NCBI GenBank assembly: GCA_951406725.2
Contig: OX597829.1
Span: 28,458,001 to 28,522,000, forward strand
Length of the DNA: 64,000 nucleotides
Source of the DNA: Octopus vulgaris
Taxonomy: Eukaryota
Reading direction: 5' to 3'
The notes under the pieces are model-generated. The model was not told the DNA's origin and made no database searches. It saw nothing but the letters and a program-made list of their open reading frames with translations. This document shows positions 27,720 through 38,659 of this stretch, piece by piece (positions within the stretch are counted from its first letter, which is position 1; each line of letters opens with the position of its first letter). The position numbers were made by a program, and so were the translations under genes.

Positions 27720-28715
27720 TATAATAAAAGAAGGAAAATGCACGCACTTTACCTCATTTTAATGTATTTTTTAATATGTTTTATATTGTGTTTGTTGACT
27801 GTTTTTTCTTTCACTAATCATAATGTTAAAATTACTGTAATTTCATATTTTCTAAGGAAGATCTTAGTCCATGTAGTGTGTGGAGAAATTTGTGAATGAA
27901 TGATTCAAGAAGTAGAAAAATCTAAGGGGAGGTAAATGGTGATCGTTATTATTGGGGACAGGGGAGGTAATTGCTCATCTTTCGGGGAGAGGGTAAATAA
28001 ATATACACAAAAACTCAAAAGCTAAAGTAGTGAGATGAAATATGTGCAGTGATGGGTATGTGATCATCAATTAATATATGTACTGAGATCAGAGTAGGTT
28101 ATATGTTCATATTTAGATGTGTTCTGTATCTTTTGATGAACAAATTTTCTTTATTTAAATATTCTTGTATAGAAATTGTTTCTTTGCACTATTAGATGGG
28201 GGAAAATGTGAAGTTTGGTTGGATATTACCTGCACATCTCTCTATGTGTTCACTCAAAGGAATATGTTTGTATTGCGGGAACAAGATCTTTTCCTTATGT
28301 AGTGTGGTTCGCCATCTCATTGTCATTTTTGTCTGTCCTATATAGTTATGTCCACAACCTGAGCAAGTTATAACATAAATTAGATTCTCAGAAGCACAAG
28401 TGAAGTTGGTTTTAATTGTGAACCTCTCTTTTTGTGTATATTTATTTATCCCCTCCCTGAAAGATGAGCAATTACCTCCACTGCCCCCCAATAATAATGA
28501 TCCCCAATTAAATCCCCTTAGATTTTTCTACTCGTTGAATCATTCATTCACAAACTTCTCCACACAGAACATGGACAAAAATCTTAAGAAAATACAAATT
28601 TCAATAATATCAATGTCATGATTAGTGAAAGCGAAACCATTCGACAAACAAACACGATATAAATTATATTAAAACTATGTAAAGTGTGTGCCTTTGCCTT
28701 CTTTTATTTTATATA
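27720..28715. mobile_element. second Penelope-like element with GIY-YIG fragment and inverted repeat
   Basis: Minus ORF 28192-28491 FTCASENLIYVITCSGCGHNYIGQT..LSEHI; 27725-28010 mirrors 28432-28710. Confidence 0.9.
28614..28646 (+). ncRNA. hammerhead-like motif, A3-U8 core
   Basis: TGTC-ATGATTA-GT(GAAA)GC-GAAA-CCAT-TC-GACA; ATGATTA is retained in the mirror arm (~27795-27825). Confidence 0.5.
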
Positions 28716-29913
28716 TATATAATATACATACTGTGTTTTGCATGTTTTCACACAATGCAGAGAAAAGGTACAATTTGTAGCCCAGCTCCACATAATATAA
28801 ATTTTGAAAATCAAATGTGAAACCAGTTTAAAATTGAAAAAAGTCCTCATGTGTTCTCTGTGCATTTTCAACTTCGTTTATTTCTTCTGTACTACTATTG
28901 TTTGGATTAGTAACAATTCACACACACAAGAAAAATGTTGAAAATGCAATTTATGAAATTCTACTTTATGAAAATTTATATGGTTACTTAACTGGTTTCT
29001 CTAATTTAGTTTTCTTATTTTTAGTTTCAAAAGTATTGGAGTATGGAGTGTTTTATTGAAGATATTTTGTATTGTAGTTATTCTCTTGAAGATTTATAAA
29101 CCTGTTACATTTTCAAATTTTAAACATTATTTTGCTGACATCATTTTAGTTGGCATTTGTGAAAGAGAGTAACTGAGGAAGACATGGGTCAATGTAGTAA
29201 AAGCTGATCTTAGGACTTTGAATTTCATGGAGTGAGTGACAAAAAACTAGGATGAGTTGAGATGCAATACTCAAGAAGACCCATCCATCTCAGCGAACTG
29301 ATGTTCTTAAAACATAATATGTACATACACAACTGGACTCCTTGTCTAATTTTCTTGTCAAGACTTCTTTTCCACACCTCATTCTCTAACACTGATCTCT
29401 CCATCATTCACTAACTACAGTATTTTGTAGATATAATTAAATGAGAACAGAACTACATATTTTGTCATCTTTTCTGTGGTACTAATTATCGTTCTCACTA
29501 CTCAGAACCACTGCACTTGACAACCATGCTTGATTCTTAACATTGTTCCTCTCCACTCATATTTTACATTGTTCATCCCATCTTGTAATGCTACTAAATT
29601 ATCTCTCTCTCTCCATTGAATCACTTTCTGTTGATTTAACCCAGTCACCACACATCTTTCCTTCTCATCACATACTACGTCTATCTTTGGTCAACTCCCT
29701 TTCCTTCATTCTTCTGTCTGTCTACTTTATTATTACAATTCTTTTGCTCTTCATCTTTTTTGTACTGCTAGTCAGCATTCACTCTACCTAAAATTCATAT
29801 ATAGTCACCTCTCCATTATTCACTACATTTACCTTACACCTCACCCAATATCTTGTCATCAACTACTCTCCCCTACCATTTATCCAGTCATATTTATCAT
29901 TGATCCTCTACCA

Positions 29914-30516
29914 TAGGGGTTCTCATCCAGGAACCATATAGGATTTTGGTGGTGGTTTGGTCCATGCAGCAAAATAGTAAATTAGGGATCCGCAATAGTA
30001 TTTTACGGGCTTCTGAAAAAATACTGCTTTACATGTATGTATTGGTGTGTATTGCAAGAAACTGCTGGGTTTCTTTCTTTAACATTTTACACAGTACAAC
30101 CTACACAAGTTAATGTGTGAAAAACAAAATAAGAATTTTGTGAGAGGTTTCTATAGAACTAGTTTTTAAACATCAAATGGCTATGGGGGATCACCAGAAA
30201 AAAATAGGAATCAAAGGGGTCCATAGATAAAAAAAAAAGAAACATGGTGGTGTGGGGCTTAGTGGTTAGGGTGTTGAACTCATGATCAAATTATTATGAT
30301 TTCAGTTCCTGGACTGGGCAACACACTGTGTTCTTGAGCAAAATATTTCATTTCACGTTGCTCCAGTCTACTCATCTGGCAAAAATGAGTAGTCCTGTGA
30401 TGGACTGGTGTCCCGGTAGGGAATATATGTGCCATGGAAACTTATGAGTCAGCATGACTCAAGAACGTAACTTTACCTGTTATCTTTATAGATAAAAAAT
30501 GGTTGAGAACCCCCTG
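29914..30516. mobile_element. hAT-type MITE with nested SINE (30245-30480)
   Basis: TIRs (T)AGGGGTTCTCA / TGAGAACCCCCTG; 8 bp TSD CTCTACCA/CTCTATCA; the SINE has a TAGATAAAAAA duplication. Confidence 0.85.
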
Positions 30517-30970
30517 CTCTATCACCTAAACCTCTGTTCATCATACCGTATATTTGTACCTCCTATCCTATACCTTACCATCCCTCACCCTCACCACATA
30601 CCCTTGTAACCTCTACACTACCATCTTTATCTCCCTTGAGTACTCGGGCTCCAACTTGATTACTGACCCACTCATGTATAACATAAAAAGCTATGCATCT
30701 CCTCTCAGCAAGAAACCTCTTCTAGCCACTTCCTTCATACTGACATGGAATGATTGCTTGTATTATGGAGATAATATCATTGCTGGACCTTTCTTTGCTG
30801 GGAGAAAGCTGCATGTAGAATAACTGAAGCAACTTTTAACTCACAACCGTTAACTTCGATATTTGTTGTGGACATAATATATTCGGTGTTGGCTATTTAC
30901 AATGAAAAATATTGATAATTGCCAACTAGGAGGAAAGAAAAACCATACCGTATCCATAGAAGCTACTTAA

Positions 30971-31203
30971 GGCAGTGAGCTGGCAGAAACGTTAGCACGC
31001 CGGGCGAAATGTATAGCGGTATTTCGTTTGCCGCTACGTTCTGAGTTCAAGTTTCACCGAGGTCGACTTTGCCTTTCATCTTTTCGGGATCGATTAAATA
31101 AGTACCAGTTATGCACTGGGATTGATATAATCGACTTAATCTGTTTGTCTGTCCTTGTTTGTCCCCTCTATGTTTATCCCCTTGTAGGCAATAAAGAAAT
31201 AAG
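30971..31203 (+). mobile_element. SINE family B (Meta-like central domain)
   Basis: GAGCTGGCAGAA..GAGTTCAA..GCCTTTCATC..GATTAAATAAGTACCAG; copies at 43095, 49908, 50130, 53680, 62033. Confidence 0.8.
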
Positions 31204-32415
31204 AAGCTACTTATAGGACATTGTGTAAATGATTAGAATTGGTCTGTTTGCACAAAAGTCCAAAGCAGTCTGCTTGACTGCTAGAGGTCATTTGCCTGAC
31301 AACAGGTGGGGTGTGTGAATCAGTCAGTCACTCTCAGCATTCTTCCTGGTGAATTAAGCGCCAATCAGTTTATATGGGGCAGCAAGAAGGTAAATTCTAG
31401 ACCACCAAAGAAGCCATATCATGCAACAGCTTCATACTGGTTAGTTGGTTTATTGATCAATCACGTGAAACTGTGGCGGCTCAGTTGTGGTGTCTAACCA
31501 AGTGTCTAGCAATTAGAGTTTGAATCCCTGCTACAATACTTTAACCATGCTACTGCTTCCATTTCTTCTGTAGTCCCTTTCATTTGAAGGAGATATTATT
31601 TTTGTGAGCTATATGGTAATCTCACTTGTACTAGTGCTAAAATAAAAAAAGAACTCTCTCTCTCTCTCACACACACACACACCAAGTAAACTTTGTAAAG
31701 TGGTTGGCATTAAGAAGAGCATCCCGCAATAGAAACCCTGTCAAACCATCCAGCCTTTTAAGAGTTCGTTAAAAGCTGATAATGATGATGACGATGATCA
31801 GTATTCTGAGAGTGCTTTAGAGATCTTCCTCCTTGGTTTTGTCTGTAATTGATCTGTCATCGTTATTTACGTTTTCATTATGTTGTCATTCTTATAAAAT
31901 AAATATTCCATTTCAATTTCTGAATATTTAGTTAGCTAACCTTTATGAAGTCCAAAATTACATTTCACGATTATAACGCCGGTTATATTTATAGTAAAGT
32001 CTCACTATAAAATACATGTAAATCAAAAAAATATATTTATCATCTTTTCCGATTTATTTGCGAGTCCTGAAAAATCACAGTCCGGTCTTTTATTGAAGAT
32101 AACATCATTTTCATCTTGTACCGGTTTAATGGATTCTTTGTGTTTCTAAGTTTTCCACGTCCCATTTTCGTATTTTTTATTCATAAAATTCACGGTGTGC
32201 ATCCTGCTTTTCATTAAAGTTTGCGTATTAATTTATTTTCTTGTTTGTGTATGTGAATGACATATACAGTCAGTCTTGTATTGATATGAACTCGTGCTTC
32301 GGTTGTTTGTTTACATGCCGTATAGAATCATTGAATACTATCGTATTTTATATTGATTTATAACAGATAATATTTCTTTTACGTTTCTGTTTTTTTTTTT
32401 TTATTATTAATAATC

Positions 32416-32509
32416 GGCAGAATTACAGAGTGACTCGAGCCGAGAGTTTCGTTTGAGAAGGGCCAACGCACGAAACTCTCAGCCCTTGAGTCACTCGGTA
32501 AATTCTGCC
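32416..32509. repeat. 94 bp hairpin/palindromic element
   Basis: GGCAGAATT..GAGTGACTC..GAGAGTTTCGT / ACGAAACTCTC..GAGTCACTC..AATTCTGCC. Confidence 0.85.
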
Positions 32510-32597
32510 ACCTCTTTATTAAAAAACGTATATATACTCATGTTTTGGGTCCTATTTTCCTGTTTGTATCACCAAACATAATATTACTTCTACTTAC

Positions 32598-32641
32598 CCT
32601 TCAGCATTTTCGTAAATTTTAACGATTTGATTTGTTTCCAT
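32598..32641 (-). CDS. candidate first coding exon (METNQIVKIYENAE.. or MLK..), gene unknown
   Basis: Consensus donor AAGG|GTAAGT at 32598/32597 in unique, CpG-retaining DNA. Confidence 0.3.
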
Positions 32642-33371
32642 TTGTTGAGTATTATTACCTTTTTATTTTTGCGAATGGAATAATTTTGTTTCTTGGAAAT
32701 ATATAGATCTACTTTATATTTAGGAAAACAACAACTACAAAATGCATACGCTTTGGAAATAAAATAATTTGTGTCAGTCAAAAGCTTCCAATAGGTTTGA
32801 CCAACATAATCTGTCAGTTGACCTCAAGGCAATTACATCCGTTTCATTTTCAGAATTTGGATCTCTCTAATGGATAGTGACATCTACTGAGTGGTGAGAT
32901 GAAATAGTCACCTTTTGGAATAGTCTTGAACCGTGCTTGATCCATCAGGAGTGACTTCTCTCACCCTTTCTGCACGTCCTGATCATGACTATGGTAACTG
33001 GAGATACTGAGAAGCTTTCCATTAGAACTGGGACATGGGAGAACCATTTTTGTTATAATATCACGTCGTGTTATAATGACATAACTAACGAGATAAAATA
33101 AGAGAAGACTTTACATGTGGTTCAATCATTCAGACAGTTATCGTTAGACTGGCACTGACTGTTTAATTAAATCAAGGTTGGTTAATTAAAACAGTAAGTG
33201 CAAGTAAAGGAAGTATAATGGGAAGGCAAGGTTCAGATATCGGATGAATATCGCCTTCTCCCATTAAAATTGTTCTTTGTGTTGTTTCAGGCTCCTGTTG
33301 GAAAGAAGTCTCAAGTGGAAATGCAAATTCACATCCAGTTTTATTTACATATTTACACAGAATAAATGAAG

Positions 33372-35762
33372 TGTGTCGCTCTCAGTAGACCATCTCAAGC
33401 TGTGCACATTTCGTTGTATCTCCGTTAACGCGGGCCCATTACCTCTGGAGAGATACGACGTGCAGACAGGACTAGCTTGGAGATCCAGCAAGCGAATATG
33501 TGTGTTCAGCAATCGCTTACAGTGAAGAAGAGGAAGATAATCTGTTTGTTGGGCCCTTACATCCAGTTTGCATTGCGAGCCTCGTTGTGATCTCGCGTGT
33601 GGCAAATGGATGCAGGTGAGATCTTGCTCCAGTCTTGGAGATAGCAATGGCTGCCGGCGAGATCTTAACCAATAGGGCGCTGACTGCTTGTGCCGCTACA
33701 AGGGCTCCCCTCTGAGAACGGCAGTGCAAAAACAGAATAATTGGAGCAGGCACAAGAAAGAGCAAATATGGTAACTGATTGCAACCAACAAGATATGGTA
33801 CAAAAATGTGACAAGTCAAATAGTAAAATAATTGCAGGAAATATAAATCGGCATGCACAAAATTCGACAAAATGTAAAGGATCAAAAGTAGGCGTGGGCA
33901 GAGTGTCATCAAAGGGCGTGGAAATTTCAAAATATGCCTTTTTCAGCCTCTCGTCTGAGACGGTCTCTGTCCGATCACCGATGTTGAGAGTAAAAGTTTT
34001 GGGTGTGCGCGACAGCACACGAAATGGTCTTTTGTAAGGAGAAACAAACGGTCCTCTGACAGAATCATCCCGAACAAAAACATGAGTCCATTTGTCAATA
34101 TCCGGTGGGACATGAGAGGGAATAGACTGGTTACGCGGATGCATGGGTGGAAGACTCGAGAGAAAGGAGCGAAGTCTGATGACATACGACGTTGGATCAG
34201 GAGGCGATGATTTGTCTGTCGCTAACATTGTACCAGGGAGTGCCAGGGTGTTCCGTAAAGGAGTTCAGCAGAGGAGAAACCTAAGTCTGCTTTAACAGCA
34301 GTGCGACAACCGAGAAGAACAATAGGCAGGAATTCTGTCCAAGACTGCGGATCAGGAGTGGCGCGTAGAGTGGCCTTCAGTTGCCCCTGAAAACGTTCGA
34401 CCATCCTGTTGGAGGCTGGGTGGCAGCTGGTCGTACGAATGTAATGAACTCCTGGGATTCATAATAATTCACGAAATAGGGAATCCTCGAACTGGCGTCC
34501 GCGATCAGTGGTTATTTTAGCTGGGTCACCAAAGCGAGCAATCCAGTTACAAACGAAAGCTCGAGCAACTGACTCAGCAGAAATGTCCACTATTGGAATG
34601 GACTCTGGCCAACGAGAGAAACGATCGACGCATGTCAATAAGAGAAATCGCGACTGACAGGCCATGGTCCAACCAGATCAATGTGGACATGGCGAAAGCG
34701 AGTCTCCGTAGGAGAAAACTCTCCAAGAGGAGCATGAATATGCCTGTGGATTTTAGAACGCTGGCATTTTACTTAAGAGCGTGCCCAATCGGTGATCATC
34801 CGGCGCATACTAGGCCTGAAAAACCGAGCCGTAATAAGCTTCACCGAGGCAGCGACGCCAGGATGTGACAGTGAATGCAGAGCATCAAAAATGGAGCGCT
34901 GGTAGTTCTCAGGTATAAACGGTCTGGGAGAACCAGTAGCTGTGTCACAAAGAATGGTGCCTTCAGCAGACGGAAGTGGAAGATAGGCAAACTTGCAACA
35001 GGACAACTTGGTAGAAGCTAAATCCAAAGTGTCCAGAGCTGGTTGATCCTGCGCAATGGCAGTTAAATCGATTGCAGCAGCAGATGAAAGGGAGCACACA
35101 CTAAGATGAGAGAGTGTGTCAGCAGGCACGTTCTCTATTCCAGGTATGTGCCGAATGTCACTCGTGAACTGGGAAGTGTAGTCCAGGTGACGAAAAGCAT
35201 GAAGCGAGTGTTTGTCCGATTTAGATGACAGAGCAAACGTAAGAGACTTGTGATCGGTATAATTCACAAAATCTCGGCCCTCGAGTTGATGTTGAAAATG
35301 ACGAACTGACAGGTAGATCGCTAAGAGCTTGCGATCAAACGAACTGTACCGACATTCAGCTGGCTTTAATTGACGAGAAAAAAGCGCCAAAGGTTTAGTC
35401 TGATTGTCTACGGTGTGCTGCAAAACAGCACCAACCGCAGAATCCGATGCATCAACGGTTAAAGAGAGAGGAGCATCGGGAACCAAATGTGCAAGCAAAG
35501 GAACAGAAGCTATTTGTTTTTTGGTTGACTCAAAAGCAGATAATGCCTCGTTAGATAAAGTAATAGAACTTTTTTTTGTATTTGCTTTCAATTGCAGAGT
35601 CAAGGGAAGTAACTTGTCTGCACAATCACGAATGAATCGTCTGTAAAAGTTGACGACTCCCCAAAAGTGACGGAGTTGGCGTAATGAAATGGGGGGGGTT
35701 GCGATGCGCTGAATTGCATTGACTTTGGAAGAAATATGGCGCTGACTGCTTGTGCCGCTACA
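33372..35762 (-). mobile_element. younger Gypsy LTR retrotransposon, internally deleted
   Basis: LTVDASDSAVGAVL / YTDHKSL RNase H, LLTCVDRFSRWPE / ITTDRGRQF integrase; 3' LTR 33372-33700 (TGT..ACA), PPT 33701-33714, GAAG TSD on both sides. Confidence 0.93.
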
Positions 35763-37167
35763 GAAGTTTCTCAATACAATACGTCTGGCATCTTAAGATG
35801 TAGGACAAAAAATTATTTTACACATGATCGATTACAGAGTTAGACTTCTCTCATCTTCTTATGGCATTATTCTGGCCAGTCTTGGAACTTATTACATTCT
35901 GTATCTTATTGGTTCGTTAATTATACGACCACTTTTTGTTATTGCTTGACCAGCTTCTCGAAACAGTTCATTTGGAGTCGGCTCCTCAATTGAGTCAGGT
36001 TCAGTTTTGGTTCAGAAGATCGATATGTTCTCTGTCTGAATTGACTGTCAGCCTCTGTTGACGAGGGATTTTTCCCCCTGTATTTCTTTCTAGTTGTCGC
36101 CTCGACTGCACATAATCTCGGCATATCACTTTTGTCTTTGACATTTTTTGGTATCCATGTTGTGTCATTTACTTGTACTCGTATGTGATCATCAGGTTCT
36201 GACGTTGTGAGTAGTTTTCCTGCTTGCTGGTTGTATTAACCTTTGGCACTTAGCACGTCCACCTTGAAATCTGATTTTCTTCATGAGGATACAGTAGCTG
36301 ACTTGTATTGCTCTCAAACGTTAACTCATAAGGAGTTGAGCAGGTGATTTACCAGCTTTGTCTATCGGAGTATTTCGTATGTCTAAGAATGCTAAATAGG
36401 AGTTTTAAATTCCTTCTTACATTTTTTTTGTCAGTCTTTTCATGGCTTTCACTGCAATCTTGGCTTGACCATTCATTTGCAGTAACGTAGACTGCATGTG
36501 ATATGTTATAAGTTCGACATCTTTGCAAAACTTTTAAATTCTGCAGAAAATCAGGGTATCTGCTATTCCGTGTCAAGCAAAAACTGACTTCTGCTTGTTT
36601 GTTACTGTAAAACTAGTTTGATCTCTTCATTGCATTACTTCAGCAAATTTGGAGTAATAGTCGACAACAATATAATCTTCACAATTTGTCAAGAATAAAT
36701 CAACATCAAGCTTTGACGAAGGACCTTCTGGTATCTCACGAGGCAGTGATGGTTCTTTAATGCTGTCTGCTCTGAACTTGACACATATGTTACTCTTTCA
36801 ACTGCTTCCTGAATTTGTGAATTTTTGCTCGACTAAAACAGTACATCTCTGGCTTTTTGTTGATTTCTAACAATGCCCTTGATGTGGATGGTGAATCTTG
36901 TTCACTGTCGCGTTTCTAAGAGATTCAGTGACAATTACTCTATCACTTTTGAAAAGCAGTTGGTCGTGAAACGCAATTTCATCACGAAACTCCCAATATA
37001 GTTTCACTGAGGGCAGATATTCCTTTCTTGATTTTGGCATTTGATACAATGTCAGCCAGTATTGTCAGACTAACACTTTGGCTGGTTGCCATCTGAAAAT
37101 GTTCAAGTTTCATAGCGAAAGTCATCAGACTCATTTGCGTATACTCTAGAGAAAGTATCAGCCACAA

Positions 37168-37331
37168 ATACGTATATAACGTGTATAAGGAACCCTCTAA
37201 TTTTGGGGGCTTTAAATTTGGAAAAAAGGTTTTGTAAGGGATTATAATATTATCCGTGTATAAGAAACTCCCGTATTTTTAAACCTAATTTTTGGCAAAA
37301 AAGGATTCCTTATACACTTGAAAATACGGTA
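37168..37331. mobile_element. Tc1/mariner-type MITE interrupting the Gypsy RNase H
   Basis: TACGTAT..GTGTATAAGG / CCTTATACAC..ATACGGTA termini; Gypsy frame resumes across it. Confidence 0.75.
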
Positions 37332-37869
37332 AAATTTCCCCAGGTTTGTACGTGACTCTGAGGTTATATCTATGCAGGCGTAAAATCATTTTCTGTACTT
37401 GTAGACAGGGTCGGACTTTAGCCGATTAGACCAATTGCACCCAATCGGGTCTCGCACTCAAGAAGGCTACATTCTATATTGCGACATTTCATAAAGGTGG
37501 TCTCCCTGAAGTCGATTAAGAAAAGCTACATGGTCTTAAAAATAAAAGAAAAAGAAAAAATACACTTTCTCCACTTTAACGACACAAGACATCAAAGGAT
37601 AAAGCCATTCATCAAAGACTGCTTGGGTTAGCAATTAATTTACTCGGTATTTTTGCTCCAGCCGACCTCCAGATGGATGTGTAGTGATGTCAGGGTTACT
37701 ATTTTATAGTGATAATGTCGATTAAATGACACACTATAATTTAATGAGTATAAGAGAAAGAGGGGTCACCATCTTGTACGTAATAACAAAAAAATAGGAA
37801 TTCGCAAGACGCTTGTGACAAGTCATAATATATTTATTACTGGAAGTAATGCGTTAACATATAAGGTTA

Positions 37870-38250
37870 GAGGCGGTACCATAGCCAATGAGGGTTATCC
37901 GAGGCGTGGTTATTGCTAGTTGAAAACTATAAGGTTAATTGAAGGAAAACTTGTAATATTACATTAATATATTCTGTTTGCAGTCACATGTCTCCAAATA
38001 AGTGAGGCGAACATGTACGCAAGCTGGTATGTAAATGCGGCGGCCTGATCCAATGCATGTCGAAGAATCGACAGGCATTGAATGGCGCGAATTTAGAAAT
38101 TCCTTCTTTTATATAAGGTATGAACCAGAAGTCCCCGACTTCCACGTAAACCGGAAGCTTCCAGAATTTCTAGAGGGAAATTACTCTCGTTAAATCCCTT
38201 TTCCGTTTTGCTTCCTAACGAGACCGCCAGGGTTCATTAGAGATGGTAAA
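37870..38250. promoter_or_regulatory. probable (bidirectional) promoter: CCAAT and GC boxes, TATA, ETS-like site, heat-shock element
   Basis: AGCCAATGAG 37883; GAGGCGTGG 37901; minus TATATAAAAG from 38115 with CCATT Inr at 38083; GGAAGCTTCCAGAA 38153-38166; plus CCCTTTTCC 38196 and ATG|GTAAAC 38243. Confidence 0.6.
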
Positions 38251-38659
38251 CTATAAATGGGCTGAAACGAAGTAATTCATGAAAGGTTGACAAAAGGTAG
38301 GAAACACGTACATTGCCTCTATTATAGATTACAGCTTGACTGTTATGCCCTACCCGAAATTTTCGCCTGACCAGACTGGGGCATCTACTCTTTCGAACAC
38401 TTATGGAAGGGACATGTTCCACAGATCAGATATTTCCATCTACTCTTAACACTGTCTTTGTAGAGAGCTCAGTAAATTCTCACTGATGTTTGCTGATATT
38501 GCATGCATGCATTGAGGCTGTGGCATCTACAAATATTTCTGGATGTTGGGCAGGTGTGGTTATCCTTTTGTCAGATTCATTATTCTCCCCACAGCTCATT
38601 TCTTTGATGTAACTGAAGTCTTGGTTCAAGTGAAGAATGAGACTAGTTTCATGACATCT

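Larger units (their letters stand above)
33051..37405 (-). mobile_element. old Gypsy element (RNase H-integrase remnant, putative 3' LTR 33051-33250) hosting nested insertions
   Basis: MILRLHRYNLRVTYKPG, YWEFRDEIAFHDQLLFKSDRVIV..IHHPHQG, TKSGRII; PPT-like GGGAGAAGGCGA at 33251-33262. Confidence 0.8.

Noticed and set aside
37870-38255. hsp60/hsp10 head-to-head gene pair
   Set aside because: Promoter layout is suggestive, but no chaperonin-like exon was found on either side within the window.
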